Both the position numbers and the translations under genes were made by a program. A stretch of 64,000 bases of DNA from a virus. Under the pieces are notes generated by a model. The model was not told the origin of the DNA and searched no databases. It saw only the letters and a list, made by a program, of their open reading frames with translations. Below, piece after piece: positions 17,953 to 27,601 of this stretch; position 1 is the stretch's first letter; each line of letters begins with the position of its first letter. The DNA lies in IMG/VR virus record IMGVR_UViG_3300045988_180880, positions 192,001 to 256,000 of that record; one strand, written 5' to 3'.

Positions 17953-20900
17953 ATGGCGTTAAATTTTGCAGATAGATTAGTGTCCAACAATCCTAGTGCA
18001 TATGGAATTGTTAGAGCTATAGAAGTTAGTGGACACAAAACAGTATCTTCTCTTTCAGCATTGTATAAAATTCCCGACTGTATTCTTTCTGATACAGGGG
18101 ATAATTCTGGTAATGATTCTCTTGGACAATTGTGGTATGTAATTGATGCCAGAGAAGTTTATCAGCTTGTTAATTGGGAAAAAAGAAATGAAGCTGGAGG
18201 ATGGAAACCATACTTATCTGGAGTAATTACAGATGAAGCACTGGAAGAGATATTAAAGACTAAGCAAGATAAATTGATAGCCGGAGAAGGGATTAGTATC
18301 AGTGAGGATAATGTAATTTCTTGCACTATAGATACATCACTTTTCAGAATGGTGGATGAGCTACCTTCTTTGGAGGAAGCAGAGACAAATAAAATTTATC
18401 TTCTTAGAAAAGAAAATAATATCGGAGAACTTCAGAGTTATACTGAATATATAGTAACTATTAAGGTTGACGAAGAAGGGAAAGAAATAAAAGAATGGGA
18501 AAAGATCGGTGAATATGATTTATCTATTGAACTTGCTCCCTATCTTAAAATAGAAGATGCAGAAAAGACTTACGTAAAGAAGGAAAACATCGTAGATTCA
18601 TTCGAAGGTGGTGATCCTAAAGAGCAAGTTTTATCTGCTGAAAAAGGAAAAGAACTTAAAGGACTTATTGATTCTCTTGAAGAAAGAAAAGTTGATAGTG
18701 TAACTGCTACTCCTGGAAAAGGAATCATAGTAGAAGGTACTCATAACGATCCTACTATTGGTGTTCTTCGTGATCCTGAGTCTGAAGGATTTTTTACAAT
18801 CGAAGAAACAGGTCTTAAACTTAGTGGTGTTCAGGATGCTATTGATGAAGCAGTTGGTGAATTAACTGATAGAGTAGAACTTGAATCTGATGTAGTCTAT
18901 AATATCAATGAAATATTTCCAGGTGAAGGTAAGGGAGAAAATGGAGATCAGTGGCACATCCAATATGCTGCTGCTAAATTAGATGCTTTCCTTCCAGCTG
19001 AAAAGAAAGTTCCAGGTATAAAAGTTAAGTTTATTAACTTAGACGGTAACTGGAGAACTTTCACTTTCAATGGTGGATATTTCTTGGATGGTAGAAACTG
19101 GAGTTATGATATCACTTCTAATGACTTCACTGAATTAGCTACAGAAAATCTTCCAACAGCTACTCCAGAATCAAATGGAGTAATGTCAAAAGAAGATAAA
19201 GCTAAACTTGATGGAATTAGTGAAACTATCAATAAAGATGTAGATGATAAGATTGCAGAAGTTAAAGAGACAATCGATAACTATACTGTAAATGGTTATA
19301 AAATTTCCACAAATCCATCTTTAGATAGAAATGATATCGGTCTTGGAAATGTTACTAATGACGCTCAGATAAAACGCTCTGAAATGGGTGTTCCTAAGGG
19401 TGTTGCTACTCTTGGAGAAGATGGTAAAGTTCCGGAATCACAACTTCCAGATTCAGTTCTTGGAAATGTTAAATATCAAGGAGTTTGGGATGCAGTTAAT
19501 AATGTTCCTAAACTTGAACTTAACGATTTTGATTCCAATGGTCATTACTATATAGCTATTAATAAAGGCTCTCAATTTGGATATGATTTTGATCCAGGTG
19601 ATTGGGTAATTAATAGTAATGGTAGATGGGTTAAAATTGATAATGTAGATTCAGTTAAGTCTGTAAATGGTCAGATCGGAATTGTTGAATTAGGTATAGA
19701 GGATATTCCTAATCTTAAGGAAACTCTAGATTCTAAAGCAACTAATGATGATTTCAATAGACACTTAACAGACTATAAGAATCCTCACAAGGTTACTAAA
19801 GATCAAGTAGGTCTGGGTAATGTAGATAATACAGCAGATAAGGATAAACCTGTTTCTGATGCTACACAGGCATTAATTGATCAAACAAGAACCGTACTAG
19901 AAAATAAAATTTCTGAATTACAAACTAATACTGAGGCAGACTTAGAAGTATTTAGATCAGAATTTGAGAATAAATTAGCCGAACTTGCTGCTAAAGAAGA
20001 AGCTGATATTGTTGCTGTTAATAATAGTCTGAAGGAAGCAAAGACAGAACTTCAGAATAATATTGATAACTTAGCATCAAAGACAGAAAATGATTTAACA
20101 GTTGCTAAGAAAGAGTTGGATAATAAGATCTCTGAATTATCAACTAAAACAGAATCTGATCTTTCTACTCTTAGAGCTGACTTAGAATCTAGTATTTCTG
20201 TAACTAAAACAGAGCTTGAGAAGAGTATATCTGAATTGGCATCTAAAACAGAAAATGATCTTAATACTGCTAAATCAGAACTTGAAAAAGCTATATCAGA
20301 CCTAACTGCTAAAGAAGAAGCTGATATTGTTGCTGTTAATAATGCTCTTTCTGAAGCTAAGAAAGAATTAGAAAACAGTATCTCTAGTTTAGCATCTAAG
20401 ACAGAAAATGATCTTAGTTTAGCAACAAAAGATTTGAATAATAAGATCTCTGAATTAGCTACTAAAACAGAATCCGATCTTTCTACTCTTAGAGCTGACT
20501 TAGAATCTAGTATTTCCGTAACTAAGACTGATCTAGAATCTAAGATCACTGAATTAGCAACTAAGACTGATGCTAAATTCCAAGCAACTGATTCTAAGAT
20601 TGAAGCAACTAAGACAGAGCTTCAAACTAATATTGATAACCTATCTCATCGTCATGATGATGATATGAAAGATATTAGAAGAGAAATCGAAGAGGCTACT
20701 GCTGGTTCTAATGAAGCACTTAATACACACATCCAAGATAAGAGTAATCCTCATCAAGTAACTAAAGAACAGGTAGGTCTTGGTAATGTTACAGATGATG
20801 CACAGGTTAAGCGTTCCGAAATGGGTATGCCAGAAGGAGTTGCTACACTTGATGCAACCGGAAAAGTGCCTTCATCTCAATTACCTAGTTTCGTAGATGA

Positions 20901-23900
20901 TGTAATCGAAGTAGATTCATTTGACTTACTTCCTGAAACTGGTGAAACTGGTAAGATCTATGTAACTAAGGATACTAACTTGACTTATAGATGGTCAGGC
21001 TCTCAGTATGTAGAAATTTCTGAATCACTTGCACTTGGAGAAACGTCTAGTACAGCTTACCCAGGAGACAAAGGTAAAGCTACTACAGACAAGGTTAATG
21101 CTCATACTTCAGACTACAATAATCCTCATAAAGTAGATAAAGCTCAGGTAGGTCTTGGAAACGTTGATAATACAGCTGACCTCGATAAACCAGTATCTAA
21201 TGCTACACAGGAATTAGTAGATAATACTAAGAAAGAGCTAGAAGAAAAGATTAATAACTCAGGAAACGACTTACAAGATAACATTGATAAGATTGACGAG
21301 AGAGTTACTAATATTGAAGATTCTATTGCTCAGCCTGGTGGTTTAGCTACTCTTGATGATGCCGGAAAAGTACCTCTAGAACAATTGCCAAGTTTAGTAG
21401 ATGATGTAATTGAAGTAGACTCTTTCGAACATCTACCTGAAGCTGGAGAAGTTGGAAAAATCTATGTTACTAAGGATACTAATCTTCTTTATCGTTGGAC
21501 AGGGGTTAAATATGTAGAAGTATCAGAATCTCTCCACTTAGGTGAAACGGCTGATACTGCTTATGCGGGAGATAAAGGCAAGGAGACAACTGATAAGGTT
21601 AATTCTCATATCTCAGACTTCAATAATCCGCATAAAGTTACAGCCGAACAAGTAGGCTTAGGTAATGTTGATAATACTTCTGATATCAATAAACCTGTTT
21701 CTACCGCACAACAAGAAGCTTTAGATGCAGTTAAGACCGAACTTGAGGAGAAAATTAATAACTCTGGTAGTGATCTTCAAGGTAATATTGATAAGATTGA
21801 CGAGAGAGTTACTAATATCGAAAACTCAGTAGGTGCTCCTGATGGTATAGCTACACTTGATTCCGAAGGTAAATTAGAAGTTTCACAGATCCCTAACGAA
21901 GCTCTGAATGTTATCGAAGGTAAGTATATGACTGAAACTCAATTTACTGATTCTGAAGGTGTAGAGTTTATTCCAAGACATAATACTATTTATATTGATA
22001 GTATCGGTGGTTCGAATAAACTTTATCGCTGGGATGGATTCAAGTATGTAGAAGTATCAGATTCAGATAATGTTACAGAAGCTATTGACAATCACATCAA
22101 AGATTTCAATAATCCACATAAAGTAACAGCCGAACAAATTGGGCTTGGAAACGTAGATAATACAGCCGATATTGATAAGCCAATATCTACTGCTGTTCAA
22201 GAAGCTTTAGATACTGTAAACACTAAAGTAACTGAACACACTGAGAATAAAGAAAATCCTCATGGTGTTACAGCAGAACAAATTGGCTTAGGAAATGTAG
22301 ATAATACGGCTGATTATGATAAACCTGTTTCTAAGGCTACTCAAGATGAAATCGATAGAATTGACGGTCGTATTGATACAATCGATAATTCAATTGGTGT
22401 TCCTAGTGGTATTGCAACTCTTGATGGCAATGGTAAATTAACAGATTCTCAAATACCAGACAAGACGATTAATGTTCTTGTAGGTAAACTTATGAGTGAA
22501 ACAGAATTCAAGGACGAAGAAGGTAATACTTATGAACCTAGAACTGGAGTAATTTATATTGATACTGTTTCTGGTACTGAGAAAATATATAGATGGAATA
22601 AATATGAATATGTAGAGATTTCAAATACAGAATTACTTGAAGGTGCATTAAATTCTCACGTTCAGGATAAGAATAATCCTCATCAAGTAACCAAAGAGCA
22701 GATTGGGTTAAGTGAAGTAACAAATGATGCTCAAGTTAAGAGATCAGAAATGGGAACTCCGGAAGGTGTTGCTACTCTTAACGAAAATGGTAAAATTCCT
22801 GTGGAACAACTTCCAGGACAAGTTGATGAAGTATTTGGAATTGATCGTTTCGTATCAACAAAAACAGATATTCCTTCTTCTAGATTAGTAATTGGTTCCA
22901 CTTACTATGTAGAAGATGAGAAGAAAATATATACAGCAATTTCTGAAACGGAATTAGATGAAGGTGCTACTCCTGATAAAGGTGTAATCTATTCTAATCG
23001 AGAAACTAATATAATCTATCGTTGGGATGGTGCTGAATTAGTAGAAATTGGTAACCCTATTCATCTTGGTGAAGTAGCTGGAACTGCATATCCTGGAGAT
23101 AAAGGTAAGGCTACTACAGATAAAGTTAATGCTCATGTGGCTGACTTTGAAAATCCTCACCAAGTAACTAAAGAACAGATCGGTCTTGGAAATGTAGATA
23201 ATACTTCTGATGCTGATAAGCCTATTTCTAGTGCAGTCCAGGAAGCTTTAGATGCTGTTAATAAAGAAGTTTCAGAACATAAAGCTGATAAGAATAATCC
23301 TCATGAGGTAACAAAAGCTCAGGTAGGTTTAGGAAATGTAGATAATACTGCAGACCTTGATAAACCAGTATCTAATGCTACACAGGAATTAGTAGATAAT
23401 ACTAAGAAAGAGCTTGATACTAAGATAGATAATCATACTTCAGACTTTAACAATCCTCATAAGGTAACAAAAGAACAAGTAGGACTAGGGAATGTTGATA
23501 ATACAGCTGATATTAATAAGCCTGTATCTGTAGCACAACAAGCTTTAGTAGATTCTACAAAGGCAGAGTTGAAGAAAGATATTGGTGATATTGAAAAAGA
23601 TGTTACTAATCACATAGCTGACAAGAATAATCCTCATGAAGTAAATAAACTTCAGGTAGGTCTTGGAAATGTTGATAATACATCAGATATCAATAAACCT
23701 GTATCTATTGCACAACAAGCTGCTTTAGATAAACTTAAGAGTGATCTTGAATCTATTATAGGTTCTACAGGAACAGATCTTAGTGCTCACTTGAAAGACT
23801 TTGATAATCCTCATAAGGTTACTAAAGATCAGGTTGGACTTGGTAAGGTGGATAACACTGCTGACCTTGAAAAACCTGTCTCTGTAGCAACTCAAGAGGC

Positions 23901-26604
23901 AATCAATGCTGTTCAGTCTAATCTTGATAAGACCAATATTTCATTAGAGAATCATATTGCAGATAAGAAGAATCCTCATGAAGTAACGAAGGAACAAGTA
24001 GGTCTAGGTAATGTAGATAATACATCTGACTTAGATAAACCTGTTTCTCATTATCAACAGGATGCTCTTGATGAACTTGAAAGAAGACTTCAAGGTTCTA
24101 TTGATGGTTCTGGTTCTGATCTTAGTGCTCATATTTCAGATTTTAATAATCCGCATAAAGTAACTAAGGATCAGGTTGGACTTGGTAATGTAGATAATAC
24201 AGCTGACAAGGATAAACCTATTTCTGATGCTACACAGAAAGCTTTGGATAGTATTAAGACAGAAACTAATACTATTATCGAAACTCATATAGCAGATAAG
24301 AATAATCCTCATGAAGTAACTAAGGAACAGATTGGATTAGGTGAAGTAACAAATGATGCTCAAGTAAAACGTTCAGAGATGGGCGTAGCTGGGGGAGTTG
24401 CTACACTTGACCAAGAAGGCAAAGTTCCTAGTTCTCAATTACCTAGCTTTGTAGACGATGTTATTGAAGTAGATTCTTACGATAACTTGCCTACTACAGG
24501 TGAAGCTGGAAAGATTTACGTAACCAAAGACACTAACCTAACCTATAGATGGTCTGGTTCTCGATATATTGAAATTTCTGCTTCCTTAGCCCTCGGAGAA
24601 ACTAGCTCAACCGCATATCCAGGTGACAAGGGAAAAGAAACAACTGATAAGGTTAATACTCACGTAGCTGATCTTAATAATCCTCACCAAGTAACTAAAG
24701 AACAGGTTGGACTTGGAAATGTAGATAATACATCCGACCTTGATAAGCCTGTTTCTAATGCTACTCAAGAATTAGTAGACAACACTAAGAAAGAACTTGA
24801 GGATCTGATTACTTCTAATGAGGGAGGTCTAGATAATCATATTAAAGATTTCAACAATCCTCATAAGGTAACTAAAGATCAAGTAGGTCTAGGTAACGTT
24901 GATAATACTTCAGATAAAGATAAACCTTTGTCTGATGCAGCTAAAGAAGCTATCAACGAGGTTAAGACTCTAATTACTTCTTCTGGAACTGACTTAAGCA
25001 ATCATATTAAAGATTATACAAATCCTCATAGAGTAACTGCAGAACAAGTAGGTCTCGGAAATGTAAATAATACTTCCGACCTTGACAAACCTATTTCTAA
25101 TGCTACTCAGAAGGAACTTGATAAACTTGACGCTAAGATTGATAAGATTAATACAGATCAGGGAACAGATCTTAGTGCTCACTTGAGAGATTTCAGTAAT
25201 CCTCATAAAGTAACTAAAGAACAAATTGGACTCGGAAATGTAGATAATACTGCAGATCTCGATAAACCAATATCTACTGCTACACAAAAAGCAATTGATG
25301 ATGCCAAAGCAGCTAATAATACTGCTTTAGATAATCATGCTAATCGTACAGATAATCCTCATAAGGTAACTAAGGATCAAGTAGGTTTAGGTAACGTTGA
25401 TAATACAGCCGATATTAATAAACCTGTATCTGTAGCACAGCAGAATGCTCTTGATACTTTATCTAATAGTTTAAATACAGCTATTAATAATCACGTAGGT
25501 AATACTAATAATCCTCATCAAGTAACTAAAGAACAAGTAGGTCTCGGAAAAGTAGATAATACATCTGACTTAGAAAAGCCTATTTCAGTAGCAACTCAAA
25601 ACGCTATTTCTGAAGTTGTTTCTAATCTGGATAAACATATTGCAGATAAGAACAATCCTCATGAAGTAACAAAAGAGCAAATTGGACTTGGTAGAGTTGA
25701 TAATACATCAGACCTCGAGAAACCTATTTCAACAGCTACTCAGGTTGCTCTTGATAAGAAGGCTGAACTTGGACCTGATGGAAAAATACCTGAAAGTCAA
25801 TTACCTGAAAGAACAATGCATAGTTTGTTCTATAAGGGTACTTGGGATGCTGAAAGGAATTTACCAACACTAGCTAATGGAGATAAGGCACAAGATGGTG
25901 ATTACTATTTAGTTAATAATGATGGTGAGTCCTTTGGATATAAATTCATGGTAAATGATATTATATTCAATGCCAGTGGAATTTGGTATAGAATGATGGG
26001 CTCTAATAAGAGAGATAATCCTACTGAATTTAAGATTACTAAATTCACAGCAGATAGAACTTTATTAGAGAGAGGTGAATCAACAGAAATTACTCTTGAA
26101 TGGGAATATCAATTGACCCCAAGTGGACAAATTAATTTCCAATTCATAGATACTCATGATATTCCTGTTGAGGAACGTACTTATAAGATTACTGCCACTG
26201 GAGGACAAACATTCACATTGAGAGGTTCGTATCTAAGTGAAGTTGCAACAGCTACTTTAACGATTGATACAGCTGATAAGGTTTATGTAGGTGCATCAAG
26301 TAATTCTGCTCCTACTGACTCTGACTTTATAGCAATGAATTCTTTCTTCTCCTTCGGTGATAATGAATTCCCATTCACTCCTATTGATTGTTCAGGAGGT
26401 AAGTATATTTACGTAGCAATTCCAACAGAAGAGTATAGTAAGTATAGAATCTATTGTAATAATTATCCTGTTGATGATGTAACAGTATACTCTAGACGTA
26501 TAACTAACATCTTTACTGGATATACTGATTATACAATTACTAAACTTGCTAATCTCTATCATGGAATACTAAATATTGAAGTTAAATTAATTGATAAAAG
26601 ATAA
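17953..26604 (+). CDS. giant tail fibre protein (2883 aa) built from repeats
   Basis: At least 22 copies by eye of NPH(K/Q/E)VT(K/A)(E/D)Q(V/I)GLGNVDNT(A/S)D..KP(V/I)S. Also a coiled-coil tandem duplication and triplicated ~80-aa modules. Confidence 0.85.
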   Translation: MALNFADRLVSNNPSAYGIVRAIEVSGHKTVSSLSALYKIPDCILSDTGDNSGNDSLGQLWYVIDAREVYQLVNWEKRNEAGGWKPYLSGVITDEALEEILKTKQDKLIAGEGISISEDNVISCTIDTSLFRMVDELPSLEEAETNKIYLLRKENNIGELQSYTEYIVTIKVDEEGKEIKEWEKIGEYDLSIELAPYLKIEDAEKTYVKKENIVDSFEGGDPKEQVLSAEKGKELKGLIDSLEERKVDSVTATPGKGIIVEGTHNDPTIGVLRDPESEGFFTIEETGLKLSGVQDAIDEAVGELTDRVELESDVVYNINEIFPGEGKGENGDQWHIQYAAAKLDAFLPAEKKVPGIKVKFINLDGNWRTFTFNGGYFLDGRNWSYDITSNDFTELATENLPTATPESNGVMSKEDKAKLDGISETINKDVDDKIAEVKETIDNYTVNGYKISTNPSLDRNDIGLGNVTNDAQIKRSEMGVPKGVATLGEDGKVPESQLPDSVLGNVKYQGVWDAVNNVPKLELNDFDSNGHYYIAINKGSQFGYDFDPGDWVINSNGRWVKIDNVDSVKSVNGQIGIVELGIEDIPNLKETLDSKATNDDFNRHLTDYKNPHKVTKDQVGLGNVDNTADKDKPVSDATQALIDQTRTVLENKISELQTNTEADLEVFRSEFENKLAELAAKEEADIVAVNNSLKEAKTELQNNIDNLASKTENDLTVAKKELDNKISELSTKTESDLSTLRADLESSISVTKTELEKSISELASKTENDLNTAKSELEKAISDLTAKEEADIVAVNNALSEAKKELENSISSLASKTENDLSLATKDLNNKISELATKTESDLSTLRADLESSISVTKTDLESKITELATKTDAKFQATDSKIEATKTELQTNIDNLSHRHDDDMKDIRREIEEATAGSNEALNTHIQDKSNPHQVTKEQVGLGNVTDDAQVKRSEMGMPEGVATLDATGKVPSSQLPSFVDDVIEVDSFDLLPETGETGKIYVTKDTNLTYRWSGSQYVEISESLALGETSSTAYPGDKGKATTDKVNAHTSDYNNPHKVDKAQVGLGNVDNTADLDKPVSNATQELVDNTKKELEEKINNSGNDLQDNIDKIDERVTNIEDSIAQPGGLATLDDAGKVPLEQLPSLVDDVIEVDSFEHLPEAGEVGKIYVTKDTNLLYRWTGVKYVEVSESLHLGETADTAYAGDKGKETTDKVNSHISDFNNPHKVTAEQVGLGNVDNTSDINKPVSTAQQEALDAVKTELEEKINNSGSDLQGNIDKIDERVTNIENSVGAPDGIATLDSEGKLEVSQIPNEALNVIEGKYMTETQFTDSEGVEFIPRHNTIYIDSIGGSNKLYRWDGFKYVEVSDSDNVTEAIDNHIKDFNNPHKVTAEQIGLGNVDNTADIDKPISTAVQEALDTVNTKVTEHTENKENPHGVTAEQIGLGNVDNTADYDKPVSKATQDEIDRIDGRIDTIDNSIGVPSGIATLDGNGKLTDSQIPDKTINVLVGKLMSETEFKDEEGNTYEPRTGVIYIDTVSGTEKIYRWNKYEYVEISNTELLEGALNSHVQDKNNPHQVTKEQIGLSEVTNDAQVKRSEMGTPEGVATLNENGKIPVEQLPGQVDEVFGIDRFVSTKTDIPSSRLVIGSTYYVEDEKKIYTAISETELDEGATPDKGVIYSNRETNIIYRWDGAELVEIGNPIHLGEVAGTAYPGDKGKATTDKVNAHVADFENPHQVTKEQIGLGNVDNTSDADKPISSAVQEALDAVNKEVSEHKADKNNPHEVTKAQVGLGNVDNTADLDKPVSNATQELVDNTKKELDTKIDNHTSDFNNPHKVTKEQVGLGNVDNTADINKPVSVAQQALVDSTKAELKKDIGDIEKDVTNHIADKNNPHEVNKLQVGLGNVDNTSDINKPVSIAQQAALDKLKSDLESIIGSTGTDLSAHLKDFDNPHKVTKDQVGLGKVDNTADLEKPVSVATQEAINAVQSNLDKTNISLENHIADKKNPHEVTKEQVGLGNVDNTSDLDKPVSHYQQDALDELERRLQGSIDGSGSDLSAHISDFNNPHKVTKDQVGLGNVDNTADKDKPISDATQKALDSIKTETNTIIETHIADKNNPHEVTKEQIGLGEVTNDAQVKRSEMGVAGGVATLDQEGKVPSSQLPSFVDDVIEVDSYDNLPTTGEAGKIYVTKDTNLTYRWSGSRYIEISASLALGETSSTAYPGDKGKETTDKVNTHVADLNNPHQVTKEQVGLGNVDNTSDLDKPVSNATQELVDNTKKELEDLITSNEGGLDNHIKDFNNPHKVTKDQVGLGNVDNTSDKDKPLSDAAKEAINEVKTLITSSGTDLSNHIKDYTNPHRVTAEQVGLGNVNNTSDLDKPISNATQKELDKLDAKIDKINTDQGTDLSAHLRDFSNPHKVTKEQIGLGNVDNTADLDKPISTATQKAIDDAKAANNTALDNHANRTDNPHKVTKDQVGLGNVDNTADINKPVSVAQQNALDTLSNSLNTAINNHVGNTNNPHQVTKEQVGLGKVDNTSDLEKPISVATQNAISEVVSNLDKHIADKNNPHEVTKEQIGLGRVDNTSDLEKPISTATQVALDKKAELGPDGKIPESQLPERTMHSLFYKGTWDAERNLPTLANGDKAQDGDYYLVNNDGESFGYKFMVNDIIFNASGIWYRMMGSNKRDNPTEFKITKFTADRTLLERGESTEITLEWEYQLTPSGQINFQFIDTHDIPVEERTYKITATGGQTFTLRGSYLSEVATATLTIDTADKVYVGASSNSAPTDSDFIAMNSFFSFGDNEFPFTPIDCSGGKYIYVAIPTEEYSKYRIYCNNYPVDDVTVYSRRITNIFTGYTDYTITKLANLYHGILNIEVKLIDKR

Positions 26605-27584
26605 TGCCAGAAAATAATTTAAAAGGAACGGTACTCTATTCGGGTATCGTTCCCACCAATACTTCTGACGTATATCCAACACATTCAGCCATTTATGGTA
26701 TGGGAGGCTTCCGTTCAGTTAAAACAATAGCTGAGCGGGATGCTATTCCTGTAGAGCGACTAGAAGTAGGAGCTAAAGTATTGGTATCTGAACAAGAAAC
26801 TGGATATTACGTTGAATCAATAGTAGATGGAAAAGTAAATTGGCAACTTGATACTTATTTATTTGCTGATAAACTCTTAGCATCTCCAGTTATCTCTGGT
26901 ACTTGGAGTTTTAAAAATAATGCTGGTACAGAGGTTACAAATACAGAAGTTGGTGTTAGTAACGTAAATGCTAGTTCTATTACTATCGAACGAGGATATA
27001 AAGCAAAATTTGTTGGAAGTTTTAAATGGACTAAGACAACTACAAATAAAGCCCCTACTTCATGTAGTGGTGACTTAGGGACAACTTTACCTTCTAGTGA
27101 TGTTGCTTCTCCAACAACTACTATTGATAATATTGCTGCTTCCAGAGTAATTAAAGAAACCTTAAGTGCACCTAAAAAAGGATTCATGGTTTCTGGTAGT
27201 TCTGTAGTTGTTGCATCTGGAAATGATACGACATCTGCACAATTTAGTATCAATGTATGGTCTAGACAGAGATATGGTGTAACTACTTCAGCTACTCCTA
27301 CACAAGATGATATTAAAGCTATGACTGGAACAAAATTAGTCAATGCTAGAACTTTATCAGTTTCTGGAGTTACTGCTGATGGAACTCAATATTACAGTTA
27401 TGCTTACCCAAAAGACTTAGGAGCTCTTACATCAATTGTTCAGAATGGAGCAGCACCTGTTTTGGAAGACTTTAATAGAACTGAAGTGACTGTAACAAAT
27501 GGTGCAGGTGTAAATATCGTTTATTATGTATACACCTCTAAATATAAAGGTGCATTTCAAAATGTTAAACTAGATTTTAAATAA
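26604..27584 (+). CDS. fibre adaptor/attachment protein, paralogue 2
   Basis: C-terminal similarity to 16463..17944; its ATG overlaps the stop of the giant fibre. Confidence 0.6.
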   Translation: MPENNLKGTVLYSGIVPTNTSDVYPTHSAIYGMGGFRSVKTIAERDAIPVERLEVGAKVLVSEQETGYYVESIVDGKVNWQLDTYLFADKLLASPVISGTWSFKNNAGTEVTNTEVGVSNVNASSITIERGYKAKFVGSFKWTKTTTNKAPTSCSGDLGTTLPSSDVASPTTTIDNIAASRVIKETLSAPKKGFMVSGSSVVVASGNDTTSAQFSINVWSRQRYGVTTSATPTQDDIKAMTGTKLVNARTLSVSGVTADGTQYYSYAYPKDLGALTSIVQNGAAPVLEDFNRTEVTVTNGAGVNIVYYVYTSKYKGAFQNVKLDFK

Positions 27585-27601
27585 TTAAAGATTAGAATAC
27601 A

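Noticed and set aside
20052-20549. Antisense ORFs inside fibre genes (20052..20549, 22538.., 24994.., 25682.., 26855..27343, 27952..28428, 28550.., 28627.., 29416.., 29957..30601)
   Set aside because: All lie fully within long, well-supported sense ORFs. They are low-complexity mirror images of repeat or Ala/Thr-rich coding sequence, not genes.
26615-26635. Possible fifth copy of the recombination core (TTTAAAAGGAACGGT at the start of 26604..27584)
   Set aside because: It has an extra A and a mismatch relative to TTTAAAGGAACGTTT and is not in the NVPLNQ frame. It is probably chance.
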